From positions 32,001 to 96,000 of the IMG/VR virus record IMGVR_UViG_3300031227_000018: a stretch of DNA of 64,000 bases; one strand, given 5' to 3'. The DNA comes from a virus. The translations under genes and the position numbers were made by a program. Under the pieces are notes generated by a model. That model saw only the letters and a list, made by a program, of their open reading frames with translations, was not told the DNA's origin and searched no databases. Positions 9,705-19,877 of the stretch are shown one piece after another; positions within the stretch are counted from its first letter, which is position 1, and the number at the start of each line of letters is the position of its first letter.

Positions 9705-10637
9705 ATGGGTGCTCCACTTACAGAAATCATTTTAGAACGTATAATTCGATATGGATTACAAGAACTTAGGGATAAGCCATCGAGAATTGATATGATCTTT
9801 GATAAGATGCTTTTGCCTGCCATGGTTAAACAATATGGCAACAAAGAAATAGACACTATAAAGCAATACGTTTTAAATAAAAAGATTGCAGTTGTTCAGG
9901 CGTGGCCAATTCAAGCTGAAAAAATACCTTGTTATTCTATAAATGTGGTAGGAACAGAAGAAGCTGCTAATACAGCTTTTTTTGGAGATGAAGGTGGGTA
10001 TGAAGTAGCAACGCGAACTGCGCCAGTTCTTTTATCTACGACTCCATTGAGTTATGATTCAACCACGGGGTTTCTTAAATTATCTGATGGAACAGATTTA
10101 TCAAACATTTATGTTGGAGCTATTTTTACGGATCCTACGGGGGAGGAATATGAAATTTTAGGGGCAATTTTAGAGGAAACTGGAAGGACTGGTTTTGCGA
10201 TAGTTTACGGGGCAGATGTTACATTAGGAAGCAGCGTAGTGTATGGAGCTCCTGATTATGATGTCAGCGACGTTAAGAAAACTCCTATGATAGAAAATGT
10301 CCAAATAGGGGTTCATGCTGGGGAAGAAACAAACTTATGCAAGTATCTTTATTACATGCTTTTGTATTTCATTCAAAGTCGGAGAATGGAACTTGAGAAT
10401 ATCGGGGTCCAACTTCATACTTTTACAGTGAGTGAATTTGCTAAAATTCTGGATTTTTTACCTGACAATGTTTTAAGTAGATTTGTTACTTTCAGGGCTA
10501 AAGTTTGGTTCAGTTGGTATCAAGATCCTATTCAGTCTATAAATCGTACTGGCGTGCAGGTAAAAGTTGATAAAGATAAATGGATAAAAACGGGTGATTA
10601 TACGGTTTTAACAACTGATGGAACTGAAGAAGAATAA
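9705..10637 (+). CDS. Tail terminator/completion protein
   Basis: Synteny before sheath; PCYSINV, VQIGVHA...LCKYLYYML. Confidence 0.65.
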   Translation: MGAPLTEIILERIIRYGLQELRDKPSRIDMIFDKMLLPAMVKQYGNKEIDTIKQYVLNKKIAVVQAWPIQAEKIPCYSINVVGTEEAANTAFFGDEGGYEVATRTAPVLLSTTPLSYDSTTGFLKLSDGTDLSNIYVGAIFTDPTGEEYEILGAILEETGRTGFAIVYGADVTLGSSVVYGAPDYDVSDVKKTPMIENVQIGVHAGEETNLCKYLYYMLLYFIQSRRMELENIGVQLHTFTVSEFAKILDFLPDNVLSRFVTFRAKVWFSWYQDPIQSINRTGVQVKVDKDKWIKTGDYTVLTTDGTEEE

Positions 10638-10653
10638 ATAAAAGGAGAATACC

Positions 10654-11025
10654 ATGATAAAAGAAAAAGAAGTTGAAGAGGTAAAGGTAGAAGAAGTGGG
10701 TTCAATTAAAGAGGAGAGTGTTGCAGTGAAAAAGGTGGATGGGAAAGTAGATGAGAAGGTCGTTAAGACTTACATGAAAAATATAACATTAGCAAAAATA
10801 AACAAGGAAGATTTTGAAATCACTAAAAAAGAAACAGATAATAAGGTAAAATTAGATAACAGATTGACGTTTGAGGCTTTTTTTGAGGTGTTGAAACTTG
10901 AGAATAGTAGCATTAAAGATCACCATAAAAGACCGATTAGATTGTTTTTGGAAGAGAAAAATGATTCAAAAATGTTGTTATTTAAAAAAGAAAGATACAT
11001 GGAACTATTTAAAAATTATTTTTAG
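10654..11025 (+). CDS. Hypothetical protein preceding the sheath gene
   Basis: RBS AAGGAG; syntenic position. Confidence 0.6.
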   Translation: MIKEKEVEEVKVEEVGSIKEESVAVKKVDGKVDEKVVKTYMKNITLAKINKEDFEITKKETDNKVKLDNRLTFEAFFEVLKLENSSIKDHHKRPIRLFLEEKNDSKMLLFKKERYMELFKNYF

Positions 11026-11045
11026 CTTAAAATAAAGGAGAGAAC

Positions 11046-13529
11046 ATGTCGATTACAATTTCTTATAATGGTGCGGCTATTAACAAACCTGGAGCGTATT
11101 CTAAAATTGACGTTGAAGTGAATGCTGGATTGCCGTTAGCTCCTGCAGGTATCGTGGGTATTGTGGGAGAGGCATACGGCGGAGCTCCTGGAAGTTCGGA
11201 TGGTGTTCAAGAATATGACAGCGTACAATTGTATGAAATTATTGCTAAGTATGTTAGCGGTCCTATTGTGGATTCTTGTAGGGCTCTTTTAAATCCAAGT
11301 AAAGACCCCGATATAGTCAACGGTGCGAATAAGGTCAAGATATACAAGACCAATTCATCTGCGCAGTCCAGTTCTTATATTCAACAGATAGATGATGCTG
11401 TCACACCTGAATCCATTATAACATTATTGTCTGCGAATTATGGTGACGATGAAAATAATATCAATTTTTATGTCACCCAAGGAGTTACAGAAGATGACTC
11501 CTGTTCTTTCACTAGTGATACATTAACATTCCCATTAGTTTTATCTGGTGGTGGAATATTGAATTATTATTATCAAGGGTCTATTTATGGCTTTGTAATG
11601 CCAGCAGGTGGACCATATGCCGCAGTTGCTGATGTCATTGCCCTTTTGAATGATGACGCAAATTGGGCACCTAGCCGTCCTATCGTAGCTTCTGCTGTTG
11701 GAACAACTAAAATAAAGGTTGAGATTAACACGGCACTTCCAGCTTTTGATGGTTACGAGACAATGGATGAATATGGTTGGGCATTTTTCGGTGGATTAGT
11801 GAGTGATGCTGAATTGAAATTCAGAACTGATATCCCTTTTACTGGTAATGGAACTGCTGTTGGAACATTTACAACCAGTGACATCAGTACATTGTCTGTA
11901 GGTATGTGGACGCAGGTAATGGATAATGATTCCGCTTTTCTTTTTGTGAAGGTTACAGGAATTAGCGGTTCTGCTGCGCCCTATACGATTACGGTTGATG
12001 ATGGAAACACAAACCTTTTAGCTTATACGGTGGCCCAAAATGCACGTGTTTGGGGTTCTTGTGGTATAATTGACGAAACCACCATGGAATTGACACATGG
12101 AACTGGGGGATGGACGCGAGGTTTTAGGGGTTCTCGATTGGTGATTGCGAAGAAGAATATCACTGTTGAAACTTTACCTGAAAACAGCAATGACACTACG
12201 TTTAGGATTCAATATACAGGTTCTGGCACGAATTGTACAATGTCAATTCAAACCGTTGGCGGTATCAAGAAACTAACAACAACTTGCACAGGTGCTGCGG
12301 CTGATGATTTAGATATTACTTTATCAACATATACCACCATTCAGCAATTGGTAGATTATATTGATAATTATAGCGGAGGAGCAAAATACCATTGCTATAG
12401 CGATTATTACAATGCAGGTTCATTGAGTCCTGCTTATCTCGATTTTTATAACGCCATTCAAATTCGAGCGATTCCACTGGATGTAAAGGTCGCTATCAAT
12501 GAAACTGTTGTTATTCTAAATTCATATTCTCAATTTTTGAGGGGAACTCAAGTTGATAATGTTTACGGTCAACTTGAAACTATTTCAAGTACTGCGAAAA
12601 GATTCTTAACGGGAGCTACCAATGGAGGAACTTCTAACAGTGATGTTCAGGCTGGATTTGATGCATTGTTAACGACTGAATGTGACATAGTTGTTCCGTT
12701 ATTTTGTAGAAATGCTTCGGCTGATATTGTAGAATCTTTGACAGAAGCGACTTCAAATTATACAATTTCTTCAATTGTAACAATGGCAGATTCTCATTGT
12801 CGTACAGCTTCTAACACAATCAATAGAAGTGAAAGAACGGATTTTGTTTCCTATAAAGGAACTTATGCTGCCACTATACAGATGGCAAAACTTTTGAACA
12901 GTGAATACAGCTCATTAGTTCTTCAGGACACTCAAGTCATAGATTCAGATGATACGTTGGCTTGGAAAAATCCGTTCGTGTTTGCTTCTCTTTGTGCTGG
13001 AGCAGAAGCGGGTTCTGAGGTTGGGTTACCACTCACCAAAAAAGCACTTAATTGTAACGGTGTACGTCATTCCGAATTTAATCCAAGAACGGATTACAGT
13101 GCGGCAATTGAAGCTGGCCTTTTCTTCGCTGATATGCCGGAAAGAGGTGGAGTGGTCGTTGTTTGTGGCAATACAACTTATCAAAAAGATGCGAGTTTTG
13201 TTTGGAATAGAAGGTCGGTAATTCGAGCATCTCAGTACACAGCTAAAACATTGCGTGAACAACTTGAGACAGCTTTTGTGGGTAAAACTAAGGCTGGAGG
13301 AACGACTCTTGCTCAAGGTATTAAGGGTTATGCCCAAATGATTCTTGGCTCTTTGTTGAGGCAAAACATATTAGTTGGAGATAGTAGAAATGGTGGTCTT
13401 GGATATCGCGGTTTAACTGTCAATGTATCTGGTGGAACTGTTACTTTGGATGTAATTATTACACCAATTCAAGGAATTGATTTTGTCTTAAATAATATCA
13501 CTTTGGCTAATATCAGTGATGCTGCTTAA
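11046..13529 (+). CDS. Contractile tail sheath protein with inserted domains
   Basis: KPGAYSKI..GIVGEAYGG N-terminus; LREQLETAFVG and ITPIQGIDFV C-terminus. Confidence 0.92.
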   Translation: MSITISYNGAAINKPGAYSKIDVEVNAGLPLAPAGIVGIVGEAYGGAPGSSDGVQEYDSVQLYEIIAKYVSGPIVDSCRALLNPSKDPDIVNGANKVKIYKTNSSAQSSSYIQQIDDAVTPESIITLLSANYGDDENNINFYVTQGVTEDDSCSFTSDTLTFPLVLSGGGILNYYYQGSIYGFVMPAGGPYAAVADVIALLNDDANWAPSRPIVASAVGTTKIKVEINTALPAFDGYETMDEYGWAFFGGLVSDAELKFRTDIPFTGNGTAVGTFTTSDISTLSVGMWTQVMDNDSAFLFVKVTGISGSAAPYTITVDDGNTNLLAYTVAQNARVWGSCGIIDETTMELTHGTGGWTRGFRGSRLVIAKKNITVETLPENSNDTTFRIQYTGSGTNCTMSIQTVGGIKKLTTTCTGAAADDLDITLSTYTTIQQLVDYIDNYSGGAKYHCYSDYYNAGSLSPAYLDFYNAIQIRAIPLDVKVAINETVVILNSYSQFLRGTQVDNVYGQLETISSTAKRFLTGATNGGTSNSDVQAGFDALLTTECDIVVPLFCRNASADIVESLTEATSNYTISSIVTMADSHCRTASNTINRSERTDFVSYKGTYAATIQMAKLLNSEYSSLVLQDTQVIDSDDTLAWKNPFVFASLCAGAEAGSEVGLPLTKKALNCNGVRHSEFNPRTDYSAAIEAGLFFADMPERGGVVVVCGNTTYQKDASFVWNRRSVIRASQYTAKTLREQLETAFVGKTKAGGTTLAQGIKGYAQMILGSLLRQNILVGDSRNGGLGYRGLTVNVSGGTVTLDVIITPIQGIDFVLNNITLANISDAA

Positions 13530-13546
13530 AATAAAGGAGGATTAAC

Positions 13547-14026
13547 ATGTCCGGATCAAGAGTTGATGAAGGTGTAAATCCAAGTGCCGTTTTAACAGGT
13601 GCGAAGATAACATTTTATCTTGGTGAAACAGTTGTGGCGTATGGCAGTGCACTTAATGTGACGATCAATCAAGGACTAACCCCTATCCATACTATAGATA
13701 GGTTAGCTCCCGTTGAGTATGCCGAAATTGATTATACCTGTACATTTTCTATAACAAGATTTAGAGTGCCGAAGAATAATGCAAGGCCAGGGACGGGTTC
13801 TCCGGTTGAATTAGGTTGGCAATCTAAGTTGCAGAATATGTTGACACAGGGCACAATTTCCGCGCGAGTGTATGATAAATCAACTCAACAAAATGTGCTA
13901 GTTATTGAAGAAGTTAAAATGACAACTCGTAACTTTTCAATTGCTGCAAGAGATGTTGGCAATGAAACTCTTGATTTTGTTGGTATCCTTGCATATGATG
14001 AAGCTGGGGAACAAAACGTCATTTAA
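13547..14026 (+). CDS. Tail tube protein
   Basis: 159 aa immediately after sheath; VLTGAKI...PVEY. Confidence 0.85.
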   Translation: MSGSRVDEGVNPSAVLTGAKITFYLGETVVAYGSALNVTINQGLTPIHTIDRLAPVEYAEIDYTCTFSITRFRVPKNNARPGTGSPVELGWQSKLQNMLTQGTISARVYDKSTQQNVLVIEEVKMTTRNFSIAARDVGNETLDFVGILAYDEAGEQNVI

Positions 14027-14043
14027 AATTGCTGACATGATCT

Positions 14044-14084
14044 GTGGGGAGGGCGGGTCCCCTTCTTCGGCCTGCCCTTCTCAC
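14044..14084 (+). other. GC-rich 16-bp hairpin without a U-tail after the tube gene
   Basis: GTGGGGAGGGCGGGTC / GGCCTGCCCTTCTCAC pairing with G-U pairs. Confidence 0.65.
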
Positions 14085-14193
14085 TCCCCCTAAAATAAAA
14101 ACTGCAGTTACCTAAAAAGATTTATATGAACTTACCTAAAAACATTGTTGTAAAACCACTTAAAATTAAACTAAAAAGAAAAAGGAGAATATT

Positions 14194-14607
14194 ATGAATT
14201 TCGATAGTTTACCGCAATTTGAGTTTGGATTTGAAGTAGATGTGATTGGAAGTGAAACGAAAGAAAGGTACAAAGGAAGTTTTGTTTATTGTCGGCCCAA
14301 GATCAAAGAACAGTCGGAAATAGCTCGTCTTAAAGGTCGTCTTGATGGTGGTGTAGATGTTGGTCTTACTATGGTCACCATCCACGATGCACTCGCCCGT
14401 TTAAAAATCACTTTAAAAGAATATCCTAAATGGTGGGAAAAATGTGATTATGGAATGGAACTTTACGATCTTAATGTGATCGCAGAGTTATTGAAACATA
14501 TAAATGATTTTGAAGATCAATTTATAGAAAAAATAAGCGACAAACAACCGAAGGAAAAAAAGAAAGAAGGAAAAGAAGAAAAGACCGATGAACAATCAGA
14601 CACTTAA
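14194..14607 (+). CDS. Tail assembly chaperone
   Basis: Between tube and tape measure; ARLKITLKEYPKWW. Confidence 0.7.
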   Translation: MNFDSLPQFEFGFEVDVIGSETKERYKGSFVYCRPKIKEQSEIARLKGRLDGGVDVGLTMVTIHDALARLKITLKEYPKWWEKCDYGMELYDLNVIAELLKHINDFEDQFIEKISDKQPKEKKKEGKEEKTDEQSDT

Positions 14608-14968
14608 AAATATCAAGAAGACCGCTCTTGATAATGTGAATAAAACTGTCAATGACGTGGATTCATTGCACATATATCTTAAACGGTGGTGGTGTTGGTA
14701 TTACAAACGCCCATATAAAGATTCTTTGTTAGGCGAATACACTTATGAAGAGTTGTTGTTGGAATATTGGGAAAGTATATTTTTGAATGATGAAGAATCT
14801 CGTATGCAAGCTGAAGTTGATTTTCAGGCAGTTTCAGAAGAGGATAAGGAAGATTATGAAGATTGGTTGAAAGAAGAGATGGGCGATGACTATCAGTCAC
14901 CATTAGAAATGCAGGATGCATTTGATAAAACCGATAAGACTGAGGAAGTGAAAAATGCCAAAGCATGA
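14588..14968 (+). CDS. Second tail assembly chaperone
   Basis: RWWCWYYKRP...YTYEELLLEY; syntenic position. Confidence 0.65.
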   Translation: MNNQTLKNIKKTALDNVNKTVNDVDSLHIYLKRWWCWYYKRPYKDSLLGEYTYEELLLEYWESIFLNDEESRMQAEVDFQAVSEEDKEDYEDWLKEEMGDDYQSPLEMQDAFDKTDKTEEVKNAKA

Positions 14969-17138
14969 ATTAGAAATTGGATTAAATTTCAAATCCGATA
15001 GAAAAAGTGTAGATTCGATTAAGCGTGAATTGGAACGGGGAATTAAACTACCCAAAGATGTAAAAAGTTTGTTGGATGGCTCATACATTAAAACTATTGA
15101 AACATTTGACAGAAGTCTTTCTCGTATCATAGGCAAACTTCAAAAATTTTCAGGGTTATCTCAAGGGCGTCCCCTTACTTCAGGGGAAGGTTATCGGGTT
15201 GGAAGACTTCAAGAAACCTTAACACAAGAAATGCACGGTAGAAGTAAAGTTGTGCAGGAAATGCAACAAATGTCCGCAGCGAGAACGGTTGGAGGTGGAA
15301 GTGGGATTGGCCAAGTTGCAAGTGCCGCAGCAGGAAGGTTGGGGTTAGGTCGTGTAGCATCATCAATAGCTGGTGGGGCTTCAGCGGCATCGGTTGTTGC
15401 TTCGGCTGGTGTAACCGCAGCAATTGCATATGGATTTAGAGCTTTGGGTGGTTATGGCAAGTGGAAAGAAGCTGCTCCAGCGTACGCAAAATTGTCGGGA
15501 TTGGGTTATAATCCTTCTCCTTCTACAATGTATGGTGCCACACAGTATGGATTTGGATCCGGGAGAACTCGTCAATTAATGACTGGCATTACAACTGGAA
15601 TGGGTCGTATGGATGGAGGGGTTATGACCCAGATAATGAAAGCCAGTAAGGCGTATGGATTAGATCCTCAAATGTTAGGTCAATTCCCAGGTATGTTGAC
15701 AAAAATGGGTGGGAATAACATCCAAAAACAACAGGCTGAAATTTTTGCTGCTGCATTTAATACAAAACTTGAGAGGGGTAGGATTGGAGAATACCTTGAG
15801 GCCACTGCTTCAACAATGCAACAAATTTCTCAATCTGCTCCAGGGGCAAGTGCATCTTCTATTTCTGGAATGATGTCGACTTTAAGTAGGGGTGGAGGGG
15901 TTCTGACGCCTGGTGTGGCAGGTGGAATGGCATCGGGGTTGAATGAATTGTTAAGAAATCCACAAGGTGGATTAGGTATGTTGATGATGGGTGCCACTAG
16001 TGATGTGTTGAAGAAGGGTGGTTATAGTGGTGCAATGTATGAGGGTATGTACAGGATGTCAAGGGAAAGTATGTTTTTACCTACGCCTGGAGAATTGCCG
16101 GGAAAATTTCCAATCACCCATATGATGGGTAAACAAGGACCGATGACTGAGTTGTCTCGTGCATTTCATTCTGGCGGAGGCACGATGGGGTTGTTGGGGT
16201 CTTTTCGTAAACAACTTGAAGGGTTGGGTGGTGGAGGTGCTGCTGATATTTTACTTTCAAGAGCTCCTGGATTTAAGTCTGCGAATGCGGCAAGAGAGTT
16301 TTTATCTAAGGTGGAATTTGCTGAAATGATGGGTGACACTAAGGGGTTGAAGGGGTTGAGTCGTGAATATGAGCTAAATACAGAAAAAAACCTCATAGAT
16401 ATAAATAAAACTTTAGCTGGAAAAGAGGGTGTTTTAGGTGCATTGGACGAGTTAAATAAGGAAATTGTTGGAAAAAGCGTTGGTCAAGCAACTTTAGATA
16501 TGAGGCAAACTCTTTTGAATCTTGAAAAAGGTTTTACCCCGTTGTTTTCTGTTATTTCCAAATTTACAGGTCCAGGAATAGCTCCATCAGGTTGGGATAA
16601 AATGGTGGATAAAATTAGAAATAAAACAGGTCTTTATCCAAAAAAAACAGGTGAATCATTTGGAGGATCTGTACCATCAACGGTTGATGAAATCTCAGGT
16701 GGGGGAGGGTTTTTGGGGAGTGGTCTGGTTGATGTTAAAAATGCGTGGGGAACAAGAAAAAATATTCATACATCAGATCTTGGCGGTATAGGTTGGAATG
16801 TCCCTTCTGGTACAGATTTGAGGTACAACATTCCATCCAAAGTGACTGGCGTTGGAGAAGGAAGTGTCACTGTAACAGGTCCGTATGGGTTTAAAGTTAC
16901 TACAAAAAATCTACCTAAAATATACGCAAAGAAGGGTCAAATATTAGGTTCTAATGAATTGTTTGGTGTATCAGGGTCGGTTCCGCCTGTCACTAAAGCT
17001 TATGATCCAAATGGGCAGTTAATGGATCCCAGGCTTTATAGTAAGTGGGTGGAAATGGTAGGTGAAATGTTTGGTAAAGGTGCAGCACCGTGGCAGGGTA
17101 AATTGATAAGTCCACAAGAGATGTCTTCAGTGAGATAA
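14955..17138 (+). CDS. Tape measure protein with a degenerate C-terminal M23-like domain
   Basis: Gly/Ala/Met-rich helical sequence; follows the chaperone genes. Confidence 0.75.
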   Translation: MPKHELEIGLNFKSDRKSVDSIKRELERGIKLPKDVKSLLDGSYIKTIETFDRSLSRIIGKLQKFSGLSQGRPLTSGEGYRVGRLQETLTQEMHGRSKVVQEMQQMSAARTVGGGSGIGQVASAAAGRLGLGRVASSIAGGASAASVVASAGVTAAIAYGFRALGGYGKWKEAAPAYAKLSGLGYNPSPSTMYGATQYGFGSGRTRQLMTGITTGMGRMDGGVMTQIMKASKAYGLDPQMLGQFPGMLTKMGGNNIQKQQAEIFAAAFNTKLERGRIGEYLEATASTMQQISQSAPGASASSISGMMSTLSRGGGVLTPGVAGGMASGLNELLRNPQGGLGMLMMGATSDVLKKGGYSGAMYEGMYRMSRESMFLPTPGELPGKFPITHMMGKQGPMTELSRAFHSGGGTMGLLGSFRKQLEGLGGGGAADILLSRAPGFKSANAAREFLSKVEFAEMMGDTKGLKGLSREYELNTEKNLIDINKTLAGKEGVLGALDELNKEIVGKSVGQATLDMRQTLLNLEKGFTPLFSVISKFTGPGIAPSGWDKMVDKIRNKTGLYPKKTGESFGGSVPSTVDEISGGGGFLGSGLVDVKNAWGTRKNIHTSDLGGIGWNVPSGTDLRYNIPSKVTGVGEGSVTVTGPYGFKVTTKNLPKIYAKKGQILGSNELFGVSGSVPPVTKAYDPNGQLMDPRLYSKWVEMVGEMFGKGAAPWQGKLISPQEMSSVR

Positions 17139-17147
17139 GGGGTAGAA

Positions 17148-18959
17148 ATGCCGATATCTAGAGTTATGCCAAAGATAACTTCTAAGGGTGGATCCCAATC
17201 TTATTCGTCAGGCTGTAAGGTTGAAGTTTATCACTATTGTAAACATCAACCTGATGGTATATCCGATGATGCAGATTTGAAAGATGTCTTAGAATCTAAA
17301 GTTTTAACATTTAACAGTAATTCCGAATGCAACCCAGTTGTAAGTTCTCATTTTGCAAAATCAAATACAGCTGGAGCAGGACAATTCAGTTTCACCCTTT
17401 TACCCACTGAGAATTGGCAAAGTCAAATTATGCCCGGAGATTGGGTTCTTATTTATTTAACAAACGGTAGAGATACGAATAAAACAAGCACACCAGCTGA
17501 TAATCGTAAACCAAGGGTGATAGCTAGTAGTACCAGCCAAATTTCTGAACGTAGAGAACAAACAGATGTAAGGTATCATGGGAGTGAAGAAGAAACTTTT
17601 TATTGGACAGATGAAGAATACAGTCGATTTCGAACAGAGAGTGCTGGTGTTGGTTGGTCTAGAAACATATTGAATTTAGCTCGAGAATACAATGCCAGAA
17701 TTAGGGCTAACCCTGGGAACAATTTAGAGTCGGAGCCTGAAGATATCTGGTCTTTGCGGTGTTTGGGTGTTGTAGATTCGGTGGTCAAAAATACCATTGT
17801 CAATCCTGTGAATGGTGCTAAAACTATTCGATACATAGTTGGAGGGCAAGATTTTGGCAAGGTGTTTACAAACTATTCTATCATGCTTTATCCTTGGATA
17901 GCGAAAGATAAGATGCAGGGATTTTATATATGGCAAGTTTTGGAGGCATTAGAAGGAAATGCCGGAGAAATAGTAACCAAAATGATTAAGGGTTTTTTAA
18001 GTAAAAAGATTGATGAAGTTGCGGGGTGGCCTGGAGGTGCTGGTGCGCTGCAATGGTATATTCCGAATCAATTGGCGCAAAAATTTAAAGTTGGAAGTTC
18101 GAAAGATGGGTCAAAGTTTTATGACATTTTAAACATGAAACATATAGAGTTGGATATGGATGGAAATTATTTCACAGCCAACCCCGACCCGAACACTACA
18201 TTGTGGAATATGATGAAACAGTATTCTAATGATCCGATAAATGAAATGTTTTGTGAAATAGATGAAAAAACATCCAAACCGTCAGTGCATTTAAAACAAA
18301 TCCCATTTGCTTTTGCTAATTATGAAGATAAAAATTTAGATCATATAAACAAATTTAAGGATTTAGCTTCTGTTGAAATTAAGGACAATGAAATATTGGG
18401 TAGTTCGTTAACTTATTCTGGTCATGACGGATACAATTTTTTCTTAATGGCAGGCGTCATTTATGACGACAATGTCACTTCCCCTTATCTATCTGTGAGT
18501 ACATTGCAACCTGATTTTCCTTACATCAATAAAACGATGAACAAAAGGTACGGATTGTTACCAATAAGAAATTCTGTTATGTTTATACAAAAAAGTGCAA
18601 CCAAAACAAACGACAGTCTTTTGAAGTCTTGGAATAATTTGTTTAAACATTGGTATCAATACAATAGGTATTTTGAAAAGGGTAGTATGACAATTATGGG
18701 TAACCCTGGTATCAGATTAGGGAAGCGATTGGATGTGATGATTGAGGGAGCAGATAAGGCGGAAGGGCAACAGCCGGAAAAAAGGTCATACTACATTGAA
18801 TCTTATGTTGACACTTGGGATTATCCTAATCGGTGGTCTCAAGATGTAACTTTAACGAGAGGTGTTTATTACGATAGATTTGGTCAAGAGAAATTCAACC
18901 ATGAAACAAAGGAATCGAGTGAATTGCCAATTGGTCAAACTGTAATTAAAAGAAACTGA
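17148..18959 (+). CDS. Baseplate hub protein
   Basis: AGQFSFTL..IMPGDWVLI, GQDFGK, GSMTIMGNPGIRLG, YYIESY..LTRG. Confidence 0.75.
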   Translation: MPISRVMPKITSKGGSQSYSSGCKVEVYHYCKHQPDGISDDADLKDVLESKVLTFNSNSECNPVVSSHFAKSNTAGAGQFSFTLLPTENWQSQIMPGDWVLIYLTNGRDTNKTSTPADNRKPRVIASSTSQISERREQTDVRYHGSEEETFYWTDEEYSRFRTESAGVGWSRNILNLAREYNARIRANPGNNLESEPEDIWSLRCLGVVDSVVKNTIVNPVNGAKTIRYIVGGQDFGKVFTNYSIMLYPWIAKDKMQGFYIWQVLEALEGNAGEIVTKMIKGFLSKKIDEVAGWPGGAGALQWYIPNQLAQKFKVGSSKDGSKFYDILNMKHIELDMDGNYFTANPDPNTTLWNMMKQYSNDPINEMFCEIDEKTSKPSVHLKQIPFAFANYEDKNLDHINKFKDLASVEIKDNEILGSSLTYSGHDGYNFFLMAGVIYDDNVTSPYLSVSTLQPDFPYINKTMNKRYGLLPIRNSVMFIQKSATKTNDSLLKSWNNLFKHWYQYNRYFEKGSMTIMGNPGIRLGKRLDVMIEGADKAEGQQPEKRSYYIESYVDTWDYPNRWSQDVTLTRGVYYDRFGQEKFNHETKESSELPIGQTVIKRN

Positions 18960-18967
18960 GGATAGTT

Positions 18968-19876
18968 ATGCCGCATTTTATGCAAGATGGAACACCGATT
19001 AGTGGAAATATTCATGTGGGGATTCAAAAGGATTCTTATCAAAAACAACGTGAAAATTTTGCTATTTTAAAATGTAGAGTGGATGAGGTGATCTATATTG
19101 ATGATGCAAGAAACTCAACAAAAGGAACATCTAATGAACAAACTGAGTATATATTGACAATCATTGGTGGCCCTGAATTGGGGAATCGAATTTTCAATGC
19201 CATCAGTGTAGTTCCGTTAGGCGGTGTTTATAATAGTGGTGAAATCATACATGACGAATTGATTGAGGGTGACACTTCCGGTGAATTTGAAAAAGAACCC
19301 AATAAAACCCATGGAGCCATAGTTTTATTGGCTAGGGTGAGTGGACGCAAAGGTAATAATGTTATTGTTGGTTGTTTAAAACATCCAAAATCAATACAGA
19401 AAATAAGAAAAGATGATGGTAGGAAAATTCTTTATCAATATAATGGATTGGAAATCGCTGTTGATAAAGAAGGCGGAATCACTTTGACAAATATGGGAGG
19501 ACCAAGAGACAAAAATGGTGATCCTACAAATACAGAAGCTGAAGGAGCTTCTATTGGTATTGATTCTGATGGAATGATGTCGATGAAAAAAGGAAGTCAA
19601 GAAATAAGTATGGACAATGAGGGGCAAGTCAGTATAAAAGCAGCTGGTGAAAATGAAATGGTAATGACTTCCGATGGTCAAACAGAAATGAAAAGTCAAA
19701 TTACAAATATACAGAGTAAGCAAGCGTTAAACATTAAGAGTCAACTCACCTCCATTGGGCAGGGAGGGACTCCTGGTGCGCGGATTGGGGACATATGTGT
19801 TGGAACTGGAAATGAAGGTAGACCTGTGATGTCTAAAATTATAAACGGTTCATTTATAACGATGATGGGGAGTTGA
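18968..19876 (+). CDS. Baseplate central spike (gp5/gpV-like)
   Basis: OB-fold-like N-terminus, beta-helix repeats, ARIGD C-terminal tip. Confidence 0.75.
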   Translation: MPHFMQDGTPISGNIHVGIQKDSYQKQRENFAILKCRVDEVIYIDDARNSTKGTSNEQTEYILTIIGGPELGNRIFNAISVVPLGGVYNSGEIIHDELIEGDTSGEFEKEPNKTHGAIVLLARVSGRKGNNVIVGCLKHPKSIQKIRKDDGRKILYQYNGLEIAVDKEGGITLTNMGGPRDKNGDPTNTEAEGASIGIDSDGMMSMKKGSQEISMDNEGQVSIKAAGENEMVMTSDGQTEMKSQITNIQSKQALNIKSQLTSIGQGGTPGARIGDICVGTGNEGRPVMSKIINGSFITMMGS

Positions 19877-19877
19877 C

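Noticed and set aside
14550-14607. A-AAA-AAG slippery run as a programmed -1 frameshift joining the tail chaperones
   Set aside because: The downstream ORF is in the +1 frame, not -1, and has its own ATG
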